DNA of 64,000 nt, taken from Felis catus (Eukaryota). The DNA lies in the NCBI RefSeq assembly GCF_018350175.1, contig NC_058368.1, positions 131,008,001 through 131,072,000 of the forward strand, given 5' to 3'. Under the pieces are notes generated by a model. It made no database searches. It saw only the letters and a program-made list of their open reading frames with translations, and had not been told where the DNA came from. The position numbers were made by a program, and so were the translations under genes. Below are positions 28,545 through 40,841 of this stretch, one piece after another (position 1 is the first letter of the stretch; each line of letters begins with the position of its first letter).

Positions 28545-28732
28545 CCACTGGTTCTCAAATTTTACCACCCATCCAAATCACCTAGAGGGCTTATTAAAAC
28601 ACAGATTGCTGGAACTCACCCCTAGCTTCTGAGTTAGTAAGTTTAGGGATTTGGGGGGAGGTGGTTAACAATTTGCAATTCAAATAAGCTCCCTGTGTTG
28701 CCAAGGTTGATGGCTGGACTACCACATCACTG
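28545..28732. mobile_element. MER5-type hAT-Charlie MITE
   Basis: TGGTTCTCAAA...AATCACCTAGAGGGCTTATTAAAACACAGATTGCTGG. Confidence 0.75.
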
Positions 28733-28751
28733 ATTAGAACATTTCTTCTTT

Positions 28752-29050
28752 TGTTCATTCATTCAAAAAATACTTATTGAGGACCTATGTGTCCTAGGCA
28801 CTGTTCTAGGTGCTGGGAACACAGCATAGAAGAAAACAAACCTATTTGCACCTTCAGAAATGTAAACTGAGGAAGACAAACAATAAACAGGATAAATAAG
28901 CAAAATGTATGGGATGTGGGTGATAAGTGCTAAGGATGAACAAATAAATATAGTTATGGAGATACATGTGTTGCAGTGGGTATAATATTGCAATTTTAAT
29001 AGTTCCAGCAGACCATTCTCCTTGATGAGTTGCTTTTGATTCAAACCTAG
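28752..29050 (-). mobile_element. L2 3' end relic
   Basis: TTCATTCATTCAAAAAATACTTATTGAGGACCTATGTGTCCTAGGCACTGTTCTAGGTGCTGGG. Confidence 0.75.
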
Positions 29051-29461
29051 AAGACTTTCAACAAATGGTTCTGAAACAAGTATACATCTACATGAAATAA
29101 GTGAATTGAGACAAAAACCTTACAGTCTTCACAAAAATTACCCCAAAATGAATCACACATCTAAATATAAATGCAAAACTACCCAACACCTAAAAAATAG
29201 AAGAAAATCTAGATAACCTTGGCTTTGGTGGCCACTTTGTAGCTACAATACCAAAGACATGATGCATAAAAGAAAGAATTGATAAACTAAACTTCACTGA
29301 AATTAAAAACTTCTGCCCTGTAAAAGATAATGTCAAAAGAATAAAAAGACAAGTCACAGACTGGGAAAAAACATTTGCAGAATACATATCTGATAAAGGA
29401 TGCTTACCCAAAATATACAAAGCACTCTTGAAATTTGACAATAAGAAAACAACCTGATTTA

Positions 29462-29682
29462 TTTTTAAATTTTTTTCAACGTTTTTTATTTATTTTTGGG
29501 ACAGAGAGAGACAGAGCATGAATGGGGGAGGGGCAGAGAGAGAGGGAGACACAAAATCGGAAACAGGCTCCAGGCTCTGAGCCATCAGCCCAGAGCCTGA
29601 TGCGGGGCTCGAACTCACGGACCGCGAGATCGTGACCTGGCTGAAGTCGGACGCTTAACCGACTGCACCACCCAGGCACCCC
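29462..29682 (-). mobile_element. Young CanSINE nested in old L1
   Basis: Reverse SINE; TSD AAACAACCTGATTTA. Confidence 0.95.
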
Positions 29683-29996
29683 ACAAACAACCTGATTTAA
29701 AAATGTATCAAAGAACTTAACAGATAAAAGTATCTGTACCAAAAAAAGACATACAGATGGAGAATAAGCATATGAAAAGGTGCTCTAAATTATATGTCAT
29801 CAGGGAATTATAAATTAAAACAACAATGAGATGCCACCACATACTAATTAGAATGGTCAAAATCTAAAATCCAGAACACAGACAACACTAAATGCTGGCA
29901 AGAACATGTAGCAACAGCAACTTTCATACAAATGCAAAATGACCCAGTCGCTTTGGAAGACAGTTCGATGGTTTCTTAGAAAAGTAAAAACATTCC

Positions 29997-30201
29997 GGGG
30001 CACCTGGGTGGCTTAGTCCGTTAAACATCGAACTCTTGATTTGGGCTCAGGTCATGATCTCACAGGTTCATGAGTTCAAGTCCTATGTCTTGAGGACTTG
30101 ACAGAGCAGACACTGACAGAGCAGAGCCAGCTTAGGATTCTCTCCCTCTATCTCTGCCCCTGCTCCCCTCTCAAAATAAAGAAATAAACTTAAAAAAAAA
30201 A
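29997..30201 (+). mobile_element. CanSINE nested in old L1
   Basis: SINE head and tail; AAAAGTAAA flanks on both sides. Confidence 0.9.
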
Positions 30202-32120
30202 GTAAACATATTCATACCATATGATCAAGCAATTGCACTCCTTAGTATTTAGCCAAAAGAGTTGAAAACTATGTCCACACAAAAACTTGCACACAAATGT
30301 GTATAGGAGACTAATTCATAATTTCCAAAATTTTCAAGCAACCAACATGTCCTTCGAGAGGTAGTGGATAAATAAACTATGGTACACCCAGACAACGGAA
30401 TAGAATACTGAAAAGAGATGAGTTAGTAAGCCATGAAAAAGCAAGGAGGAGCCTTAAATGCATATTACTAAATGGAAGAAACCAATCTTAAGGGAAGGAT
30501 GGATGAAAGATGGAGCACAGAAGTTTTTACAGCAATGAAATCATGCCGTATGTTACTACAATGGTGGATATATGTCACTACACATTTGTCCAAACCCACA
30601 GAATGTACAACACCAAAAGGGAGCCCTAATGTAAACTATGGAATTCGGTTCCCACATTCTACCACACTGGGCTAGAATGCTGGTAATAGGTGAGGCTTTG
30701 CCTGAGTGGGGGCAGGGAGAATGTGAGAAATCACTGTACCTTCTGTTCAATTTTGCTATGAAACTAAAGTGGCTCTAAAAAATCAAGTTTATTAAAAAGA
30801 AAGAAACCAAAGGAAATACAAGTGAAACACCCGTCTATAAAATATCTGAGGGAAGAGCACACTAAAACCCTGAGGCCAGAAAGAAACTGGCGTGGCTAAA
30901 GAATTCTAATGTGGCTTTGCCATAGTGACAAAGGGGAGAATAGAAACAAATAGGGGCCCAGACATGGAAAGAGGCAGCAATCAAGAGATCCTTAAGAGTA
31001 CTTGCTATACTGTGAGTGAGATGCAAAGCCTTGGAAGAGTTTTGAAGGCATTAAATCAAATTCATATTTTAACAGGATTACCCTGACTGCAGTGTTGAAT
31101 ATAAAAAATACAACACAAGGGAGGCAAGAGCGGAGGTGGACAGACGGATGAAGAGGCCATTGTAATAATCATCTGCTAAAGCTTACTTCATTCCCCTTAG
31201 ACACGCAGCATGCTTCCAAATGGGTAGGCTAGTTTTGGCAGCACGTGCTTGATGGCACAGTTAACCTCCCACATAATGCTCAAAGTGAGGACTAAAATAT
31301 CAGTGGCATAAAACAGGTGCTCTTGTCATTGCAAAGTTAACGAAAAAATCAAAAAGGACAAAAAGCTATGTAAGCTTCAGATTATCTGTACCCAGAATTC
31401 AGCAAATAATCACAAGGCAATCGATTCCCAAGCCTCTTTTGGTCTCCTGCAAAAGATAAAGGCTGCAGCTCACTCCTCGTGCCCCCACCCTTCTACCACT
31501 TTCCAACCCTACTAAGCCAACCTGAAGACGTAAGCCAAAATGCCAATCATATTAGAGCCAAATTTCATTTTCATGGGGTATTGCTGTGCAATATTACTTT
31601 TTTATCTTCACCTGAGGAACAAATTCCAAAAAAAAAGGTTTTTTTCTAGCATAGCAGGAACACTCTCAGTGCAAATTAATCTGTAGGTATAAAGTATTAT
31701 CTTATGCTCCTTTAAAACAACGCCTCTAACAAATTTGAACACATCAATTGCTTGTGTAATTTTTCATAGTCACAAGAATAAGAATTCTTCTCTGTCCTTT
31801 ACAAATTCCTAACTACAACAAAGAATTTATTAGGGGAAATATCGACTTTAAGAATTAAAGTATCTCTTGATATCTTCATCCAAAAGCTGAATCCTAAACT
31901 AGCTAAGCTCATGAATTGTCAGAAGACCTAGATAAAGCTACCTTAGAGGACCCAGCCTTGATGGTATTTTTTCCAATTCCAGTGCACAAGATTGTACTTA
32001 TATTTCTGATTATTGCATGAAACTTACTTTCCTAATATGAAACTTAAGGAAAGCAGACCTGTAACAAGGCTTTGTCTGTCACATGCTCAAGATACCCAAC
32101 CTTCACTCCCCAGTATGTGT

Positions 32121-32451
32121 ATATATATTCTCTCTACATAAATTATATATACTTATACATAAATGGGAGATATATATATATATATGTATGATTATATATA
32201 TATATATTTATGTATGATATTCTCCATATCCTTTCTTATTGTTGACTATTGTAGTCAAGGCCTTTATAGTTGCTCATGCATCTTTGTGTTTACAAGAGCA
32301 AACTGGTTGGTTTACAATAATAAAATAGTAATCAGTATAGATTACTGATTATAGTATAGATTATAGTATGAATTTTCTTATATATGTATAAATTATTTAT
32401 ATATGTGTATATATAATATATATATATAATATATATATAATATATATACAT

Positions 32452-32495
<44 letters not shown>

Positions 32496-33128
32496 TATAC
32501 AATGAATTTTCTTATAGTATAAGCATGCACCAAATATTGTCTGAGGCATAATTTCATAGCCTTTGGTTATGAACTCGGTTCTTAGCAGAAACAACAGACA
32601 ACAATGAATGTCTTTCAAGTATCCTCCCTCCTCTTCCCTTTCACTGGAGGATCCACGTCAGTGGACTTTCCTTTTTACTGTTTCTCATAGAAGGTTCATT
32701 AAGTTCTTTGAAGAGTGAAAGGGACAGACTAGAGCTTAAAGACTTGAGGTTAAGGCCTCATGCTGCCACTAATTTATTGTGACACCTATGAAGTCACTTT
32801 GTAATTTCCTATTCACTTCCCCTTTACAATAGATGAGTTGGACTTGATTATTTCTCTGGACTCTTCCATTTCAAACATTTCATGGATAAGAAATGCATCT
32901 GTCCCATTTTAAGGGCTGCAGAAAAAGTAGAATTCCTATACTAATTACTATTTTACTATTGTAAACCAACCATTTTACTATTACAAACACAAAGATACCT
33001 GAGAAACTATAAAGGCCTTGACTACAATAGTCAACAATAAGAAAGGATATGGAGAATATCATATGTATATGATATACGTCTCTCCCATTTATATATGTAT
33101 ATGTAATTTATGGAGAGAGAATGTATAT
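32121..33128. repeat. Long inverted repeat (arms ~32121-32340 and ~32936-33128, spacer ~595 bp)
   Basis: 32213-32271 is the exact reverse complement of 33005-33063 (59 bp); the inner 70 bp of the arms differ at 10 positions. Confidence 0.95.
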
Positions 33129-35189
33129 GTAGACAGAATATCATATATATGATATATACATCCCTTCCATTCATATATATTGTAATTATATATAATTTAT
33201 AGAAAGAGAATATATATGCAGAGAAAATATCATATATATGAGATATACAAATATACATCCATCCAATATATATCATTACATATTATATTATATGTTATAT
33301 GTTATATATTATATATTACATATTATATATATAAATGGGAGGGAAAAGAAAAAGAGTTTTACACTTTTCAGATAACATACATTCTTTATTTATATTGATA
33401 AAACACAAAATTTACCTTACTTTGTACTTGGTAGCAAGATAATCTATAATCTATTCTGCCAAATTTTAGCTTAAAAGGCTATTTTCCTGATCATTACCAA
33501 AGTAGTAAGTGTAGACAACAAAAAAGATGACCAAAAAGTGACATTAACCACTTATAAATTATAACACACTCTCTTAAATAATCTCTGGATAAAAAATAAA
33601 AACAAAGACAAAAGTATCTGGAAAGTATTTAACAAAAGAGTACAGTTTAGACAATTATAGGAACACCTATAAATATGTTTATCAATAAAGACTGAAAGAA
33701 TGTAAGTTGAGCATTCAAGAAATTAGAAAATAAGAACAAAATAAATCAAAAGAAAGGAACAAAGATAAAATCTTGATTTAATGAAAAATTTTTAACTAGA
33801 AGAGAGTAAAAATCAAATCAAAGGGAAGTTCTTAAGAAAGAATTGTAAAATAGCCAATCCAGAGCAAACTTAATTAAGAAAAACAAGAGACAGCGAAACT
33901 CAGCCAAGAATGAAAAGCAAGGCATAACGAATGGATTAAAATATCACAGCAATGTTATATCTGCAATTCTATACCAATAGTAATCAACATTTGAGTGCCT
34001 TCTGTATGCCAAATACTAGTCTGAGCTCTTAGCATATCATGCATTTAATTATCACCAAAATAAATACACTCTGACATTGACACTTAACCATTTTGCACTT
34101 TAAGAAACTGTAATTCGGAGACATGCTTCATGGTCAGGAAAATGGCTCCCTCTTTGGGGGATTTTTAGCTCCAGGGATGTGTTGAAAATAAGACGCCAAG
34201 CCTATGCCCAAGTCTGCAAGACCCCTGCCTTCTAACTCGCACTGCAGTCCCAGGGAGGCTGGAACCCACCAGCTGGTCACCTTAAGGCCCAGAGCCCTGT
34301 GGCTGACATCAGCTCCCAAAGTGGGGAGTTCTGTAACGGTTCAGCTCCCTACCAGGAAAAGGCAACCAGATCTTCCTTCTGGGGCAGTGGGTTAGTGCTC
34401 AAGTTTCCTCTCTGCTGATAAAGCTGAAGGTGGGAGAGGTGGGGGTCTTAGCTGGAGAGTCCATAGGACATATAAGTGGTTGTTCTTGTTTGACCCCCAG
34501 AGCTTCTCCACTCAAGCAGCAGGACAATTATGGGTAGGAGGTCAGGAACCCCAAGGCAAAAGTGGTAAAGGACTGAACAGAGGGGGCCTCTTACCTTCCA
34601 ATGCCCCGTGTGCTAGCTTCTATCCATTCTCCAGTTTCTCCCTTAAAGTGTTTTCTGGCAACTAGTGACATTTCATGAACTGACTTCCTACCCAGAGGGT
34701 AGCATCAACTCCTTCCCAATATGTATCCAAAGAAATAAACTAATTAAACACTGTCTAACATTTAAAAAATAAGCCGAAATACAGCTCCACAACATATTTA
34801 CATAACAAATTTGAAAATCTAAAGCATAATTTCTTATTAAATTATGATTTTGCGGTATTAGCTGATAAGAAGTAAAAATATTAATAGACCAATAATCACA
34901 GAAGAAATTGGAAAGGCAATTAAGTACCCATCATTTTTAAAAAATACTAGGCACTAAGAGTTTCTCAAAAGTATTAATCTGACTTTGAAAGAAATGACAA
35001 TCTCCTCATTGTTTATGCTATGGAAGATGGAAAGTTTCTTCATTTTATGAAGCAAGTAAGTTGCCAATATCAAAACCCATTAACCTAGCACCAAAAAAGA
35101 AAGAAAAGTAGAAGCGTTTTGAAAACAATTTTGAAAATTCAAACAAGTTAGCGAACTTACCACTTGTTGGTTTCAAAACTTACTATAAA

Positions 35190-35571
35190 GTCCCTTGAAT
35201 AAACAGTCTGACTCCAGTTTTTGATGCCTGTTGATAATCTTTTAAGCTTCACCCCTCTTTTTTTTTTTGCCTCACATCTGAGCAAGCTGATAAGAAAGCC
35301 TGTGCCCCCTCCCTTGGCAGGAACCAGTAGGAGATTCAAACCATCAAGTCTCTGCTAACCCCATCCCCTAACTATAACAAAACCCCAAGCCAAACTGCTT
35401 TCCTTGCTCTCAAGCCATTTTCAGATGAGCTTAGCCTACCTGTCCTACTGTCCACAGAAAGCCTCCTAATGTGACAAATGAACTTTTCACTGTGTGTGTA
35501 TGGCATCATCCACCTTGACATGTGAACCAAATCGGGCATATAGGTCCATCCTCTTTCTGTAGTTTGGTTAC
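35190..35571 (+). mobile_element. ERVL-type LTR relic (MER54/MER74-like) inside L1
   Basis: AAGCTGATAAGAAAGCC...ATTCAAACCA motif; interrupts collinear L1 sequence. Confidence 0.55.
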
Positions 35572-35998
35572 AATACTTCCAATCAAGACAGCGTAGTATT
35601 TCATAAGGACTGGCATACAGATCACTGGAACAGGCATTTGGGATCAACAGAATTTTGACAAGAAAACAAAAGAAATTCAATAGTAACAGGATAGTCTTTT
35701 CAAAAAAGACCACAGGAACAAGCAATAATCACATACAAAAATATGACTTTAGACCCTTACACTATACCATAAAAAATAATGAAAAATGACTCCTCAACCT
35801 AAATGTAAGAACTAAAACTATGAAGCTTTTCTTTGAAAAATAAGAGAAAAATTTCTTGATCGTGGATTAGGCAAACAAATATTAGATACAACACCAACAA
35901 CATAATACAAAGAAAAAGAAAATTAATAAGTTTAATTTTATCAAAATTTAAAAATGATTGCACTTCAAAAGATACTACTAAGAAGATTAAAAAAATTA

Positions 35999-36218
35999 GA
36001 GTCCCTGGGTGGCTCAGTTAAGCGTCCGACTTCGGCTCAGGTCATGATCTCACAGTTTGTGAGTTTGAGCCCCACGTCGGGGCTCTGTGCTGACAGCTTG
36101 GAGCCTGGAGCCTGCTTCGGATTCTGTGTCTCCTTCTCTCTCTGCCCCTCCCCAAGTTGTGCTCTGTCTTTCTCTATCAAAAATAAATAAATGTAAAAAA
36201 AATTCTTTTAATAAAAAA
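35999..36218 (+). mobile_element. CanSINE nested in old L1
   Basis: TSD AAGATTAAAAAAATTAG. Confidence 0.93.
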
Positions 36219-36809
36219 AAGATTAAAAAAATTAGCACAGACTGGGGAAAAACATTCACCAGTTGTATATTAATAAAGGGTTTACAATCAGAATATAGAA
36301 AGAACTGTTACAACTCAATACTGGGAAGTCAGAGAACTCACTAAAAAACATCCAAAACATTTTGATAGAAATTTAGCCAAAGAAAATATACAAATGGTCA
36401 GTCAGCACATGAAAAAATGCTAAACATCACTGGTCATTAGAAAAATGCAAATTAAACCTATAAGATACCATTTCATGCCCATAAAATCGCTATCATAATG
36501 AAAAATACACATGATACCTAATGTTGGCAATGCTGTTGAGAAAGTGGCACTCTCAGATGCTACCGATGGGAATGAAAAATTGTGTTGGTGTTTTGGAAAA
36601 CACAAAAGACTTTTCCAAAAGACTGTGGCAATTTCTTGAAGTGGTATGCATATAGCTACCATATGATTAGCCACTCTACCAAGAAAAATGAAAACATAGG
36701 TCCAACAAAATTATATGAGAACATTCATAGCAGCATTATTTATAATAGTCAAAGAATAGGAACAATCCAACCTCTATCAACTGGTAGATAAACAAAATGT
36801 GACGTCCAT

Positions 36810-37770
36810 TGTTGAAAACTAAACAGATCCAAGATGGAGTTGCTCACACTAAGTCCCAGGTCACCAAACTGAGAATTGTAGTTCCCACTCTCTCAGAAAT
36901 AGAATCTTAAACCAGTCGATTACGTGATGAGCATTAGTTAGGTAATCTGCCTGATAGACCCCAGGAATCGCCTAAAGGAAAGTAACCTTGCAGTAATCAA
37001 CCCGCTCTTTTGCTAAGCGGGTTTTGAAACTTCCTTGCGTCTGCTCCCTTCTGCCTATAACAGTCAGCGTGTGTGTATAGCTCCTCGAGAGTGCCTGTCT
37101 TCTAGAATGAATGTTGCCCCATTCAAATGGGTTTTTTGGAAAATAAACTCCTAAAACTTTTGATAGGCTTCAGTTTATCTTTTAACAGTTCTCGTGTCTG
37201 AAGAGCAAACCAAAAGAGAATCCCCTCTCTGGGGACCCCGGGAGGGGCAAGCAATTGGGTACCTGTTGAGTTCCCTGAGCTTGCTGCTCTCTTGCTAACC
37301 CAAGAAGTGACGCTTCTTGAGTCCCTCTCCAATCCCAGTTCCACGGCTTTTGCGTCATGAGCATTTCTTTTTCTGGACTGGATCCGACTAAGAACCTGGA
37401 CTGGATCCTGGTTGGACTGGGCCCGTGTCAGGCTAGGTCCGACTTAAGCTGGACTGGGTCCAGTGTGAGGCCTCAGGTGAGTAGAATTTTGTTTTCAAGC
37501 TAAAAAAGCAGATTCACCGTACCAAAGGTAATTTCGACTTACGGCGGCACAGTGTAGAACGTTTCACCTAGAGGAGCTTATCCATTTATGAGGTGCCCTG
37601 CAGAAAAAGAGGGCTCACCCACGCACTCACCATAAAGGGTAGAGAGAAAATTATTTTTTCTCCTCTGCAGTTTCTGGTGACCAAGATGAGACCTGCTAGA
37701 ACACTCCTCTCAGTCTGTACAGCTCCTCAGAGCTCTTTTCTGCTACATGGGATGTTGCCTGATTCAATCA
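36810..37770 (+). mobile_element. Deleted ERV: 5' LTR (36810-37187), degenerate PBS and leader, partial 3' LTR
   Basis: TGTTG...TTAACA LTR with TATAA and AATAAA; leader with splice donor CAG|GTGAGT at 37477; LTR-like TACAGCTCCTC...ATGTTGCC recurs at ~37717-37760. Confidence 0.7.
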
Positions 37771-38873
37771 ATGTAAATTTAGTAAAATTCAACCAAGCGT
37801 ACAGTGAAAATGGTTGAATTTTACAATGGAAATTATATCTCAACACAGCTTTAAAAAATACTAGAGACAAGTTTCACTAATGGATATATATTCAAAACTT
37901 CTAAATAAAACATGAGAAAACAGAATCCAGCAGTGATAAAATAATACCATAAATTTCTCATAAAAATAGTTTACAGAACTAGGTACAGAGAAATGTTCAC
38001 ACTAAAAGGTATGTAGAAACTGAATCCAACTAACAGTAACAGATCTGTCTACAGATCTGTCTTCACTCTTGTTTCAAGGCGTATAATCACTGAATACTGG
38101 AGCAAGTGGAATGACCCACAATGTTAAAATTTTTTTGCTCCCACCTTAATAGAGATCAAAGTTAACATCATCAATAACGTGAACAAAAGACATTATAGGT
38201 CTCCCAAGTTAATGCACTGAATAGGACCTAACATTATGTATGTAGTGCTCTAGCCAAAGACGCATAACCTGAACCTAATCATGAGAAAAAAATCAGAAAA
38301 ATCCAACTTGGGTGGCATTCTACACAACGACAGATCTTTACTCTTCAAAATGCAGCGTCATAAAGGATGAATAAATGCTTAAGCGTTATTTCAGATTAAA
38401 GGAAACTAAAAGAATATGACAAAGAAACTAAAAGGTTATGACAATTGAATGTACCTTGTGATCCTGGATTGGATGTTAGATTTTTGAAAAACTGCTATAA
38501 ACAATATTGAGACAGTGGTGACATTTGAGGAAGGGCTGTATATTACATACTTGTTTTATATCAATATTTAATTTCCTACATTCAATCGGCACATCATGGT
38601 GACTACTACGTATTCTTAGCAGATGCAGGAGGAAATATTCAGGAGTGAAAGAGGCCCCTACCTGCTAAAGTATTTTACAGCTTTCCACTTACTTTCAGAA
38701 AAAGCTATGTAAATATACACAGTAAAAATTAGTAAATCTAGGTAAAAGCTATATCATGCATTGTGCATATTTGGCAAATATTATGCATATTTGTAGTTTC
38801 AAACTGTTATCCAAACAAAAAGTTAGAAAAGTAAAGTGGATAGTCTGGAGTACTTCAAATTGTGCTAAGTGGG

Positions 38874-39367
38874 TATGTTACGGCTCTCCAAAGTAACAGA
38901 ACCAATAGATATATACGTAAAGACAGAGAAAGAAAGAGAGAGAGAGAGAGAGAGATTAAGGGCTTGGCTGCTGCAATTGTGGGGGCAAGTCTGAAATTCC
39001 TTAAGCAGGCTGGAAACTCAAGACAGAGTGGACGTTGCCAATTTGAGTCTGAAATCTGCAGGTTGGAAATTCAGGCAGGGTTTCTATGTTGCAGTCTGGA
39101 GGCAGAATTCTTTCTCTTCTTTGCTCTTAAGCCTCTGAACTCCTGAAGGAGGCACAGCGACATCACAGAAAGTATCTGCTTTATTCAACGTTTCCTGATT
39201 TAAATGTATAAAAATACCTGCACAGCATACCTGCATATATACCTGCATATAAAATACCTGCATATATAAAAAATACCTGCACAGCAGCGCCTGGACTAGA
39301 CCAGTGTGTGACCAAACAAACGGGCACCATACCCCAGCCACATCGACACATAAAATTAGCCATCACG
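38874..39367 (-). mobile_element. MLT2-type ERVL LTR
   Basis: Minus strand begins GTGATGGCTAATTTTATGTGTCGATG; the CTCTCCAAAGTAACAGAACCAATAG end motif is on the plus strand. Confidence 0.8.
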
Positions 39368-39487
39368 GAGGGCTAACAGTGCAAGATGGAATATATTTAA
39401 GAAAATTATTTTTAAAAAAAGAAAGAAAACTGAGTTTTTAGCATAAATGCCTGATAGTTGTATTGTTAAAATCTCCTATTACACACA

Positions 39488-39493
<6 letters not shown>

Positions 39494-39556
<63 letters not shown>
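39494..39556. repeat. Compound (CT)n(CA)n microsatellite
   Basis: Read directly from the sequence. Confidence 0.95.
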
Positions 39557-39589
39557 TGAAGCAAGACAAGGTTCAAATCTACTCAGGCT

Positions 39590-39807
39590 GGGGTACCTGG
39601 GTGCCTCAGTCGGTTAAGTGTCTCACTCTTGGTTTTGGCTCAGGTCATGATCTCACAGATCATGAGTTCAAGCCCCACATCAGGCTCTGTGCTGACAGTG
39701 CAGAGCCTGCTTGGGATTCTCTCTCCACCACCCCCTCCCAGCCTCTCTCTTACTCTCCCAGTCTCTATCTCTCTCTTTCTCAGAATAAATAAATAAACTT
39801 AAAAAAA
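39590..39807 (+). mobile_element. CanSINE
   Basis: TSD AAATCTACTCAGG. Confidence 0.93.
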
Positions 39808-39824
39808 AAATCTACTCAGGTGAC

Positions 39825-40030
39825 TGTGCTAGGTGCAGTAAGTCTGCATTACCAGAGAATGGTGGCAGCAATGTCCTCAGAAGCAACCAATATCCAGTGT
39901 CATCGAGGACAATCTTCCTTGACCAGTAGCTGGATCTGTCCAGCAAAGTGACAGGGCATTCTGCCTGACAATGTCCTAACCTCCAAGTACATTTCTCCAG
40001 CTCTACTAGAGATTCTATGAACTACAGTCC

Positions 40031-40087
<57 letters not shown>

Positions 40088-40810
40088 CAGTTCTTGAATC
40101 AGCAAGAGTCATCTTCTGTTGCTTGCAGCTAAGAACACTGACTGATTCAGAATGTCATATCAGGAAGAAGGTGCTAACATTTGACTTTGCCTAAGGGATG
40201 AAGATGGGGCTTAGCGGTGAGGATCCTATTATTATAAAATGGGAAGGTGGTAAATCTTGCTATTTGGTTGCAAAGTGCTTACAAGCCTTGTAAAATCAAG
40301 GAAAAACAGGATGACCTTGAGAATTCTGCATGAAGTGAGAGACTTCTTACTGTCTGTAGTGATGCCTGTTCTAAAGAAAGGCACCAGCTTTGGCTGAAGG
40401 CAACCCCAGGTGATAGCTGACGGGAGGATGCAGATTTAGCAGAAGATAAACCTAGGACAAGGAAAAAGCCAAAGCTCCCAAGAACTTCCTATAGGCATGT
40501 GGTGGGTTCTCTTCTTCAAATAGAGGTTGGTCGAGTCTGGTGGCAAAGGTCAGATGGTGAAAGGGTTTAAATATCTTCAATGCTAAAGCTATTAAACCGA
40601 GGGGTCTGTGGCCAGACATCCCAAGTTCCAAAAATCAAAGGGCTCTTTTCTGATCATTAACCAGTGGAAGCATTTAAAAGGAAATATATTAAATTTCAAG
40701 GGGTCTCTATTGCCAGGGCAACCTCAAATCTGGACTGTAACAATCTGCAACTATTCAAACCCAAAGCAATCCCCAGGTCCCTAAATTTCCACCTGTAGGA
40801 AAAGACTGGT
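39825..40810 (+). mobile_element. MaLR (MLT1) LTR plus internal sequence relic
   Basis: MLT1-type end TTCTGTTGCTTGCAGCTAAGAACACTGACTGATTCA at ~40114-40149, followed by internal-like sequence. Confidence 0.55.
40033..40087. repeat. (TA)n microsatellite followed by poly(T)
   Basis: Read directly from the sequence. Confidence 0.95.
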
Positions 40811-40841
40811 AAAGTTATGCACCCACTCAAACGGGCATTCC

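Larger units (their letters stand above)
29050..30800 (+). mobile_element. Old L1 3' portion (L1MC-like)
   Basis: Degenerate ORF2 C-terminus plus a 3'UTR motif CATTTGTCCAAACCCACAGAATGTACAACACCAA. Confidence 0.8.
33500..36809 (+). mobile_element. Fragmented old L1M ORF2/3' region interrupted by MIR, LTR and SINE
   Basis: A-rich degenerate ORF2-like sequence (e.g. CACATGAAAAAATGCTAAACATCACTGGTCATTAGAAAAATGCAAATTAAA). Confidence 0.65.

Noticed and set aside
39207..39287. Repeat-spacer pattern resembling a CRISPR array
   Set aside because: Repeats are 9 bp with 3-10 bp spacers, in mammalian DNA with no cas genes.
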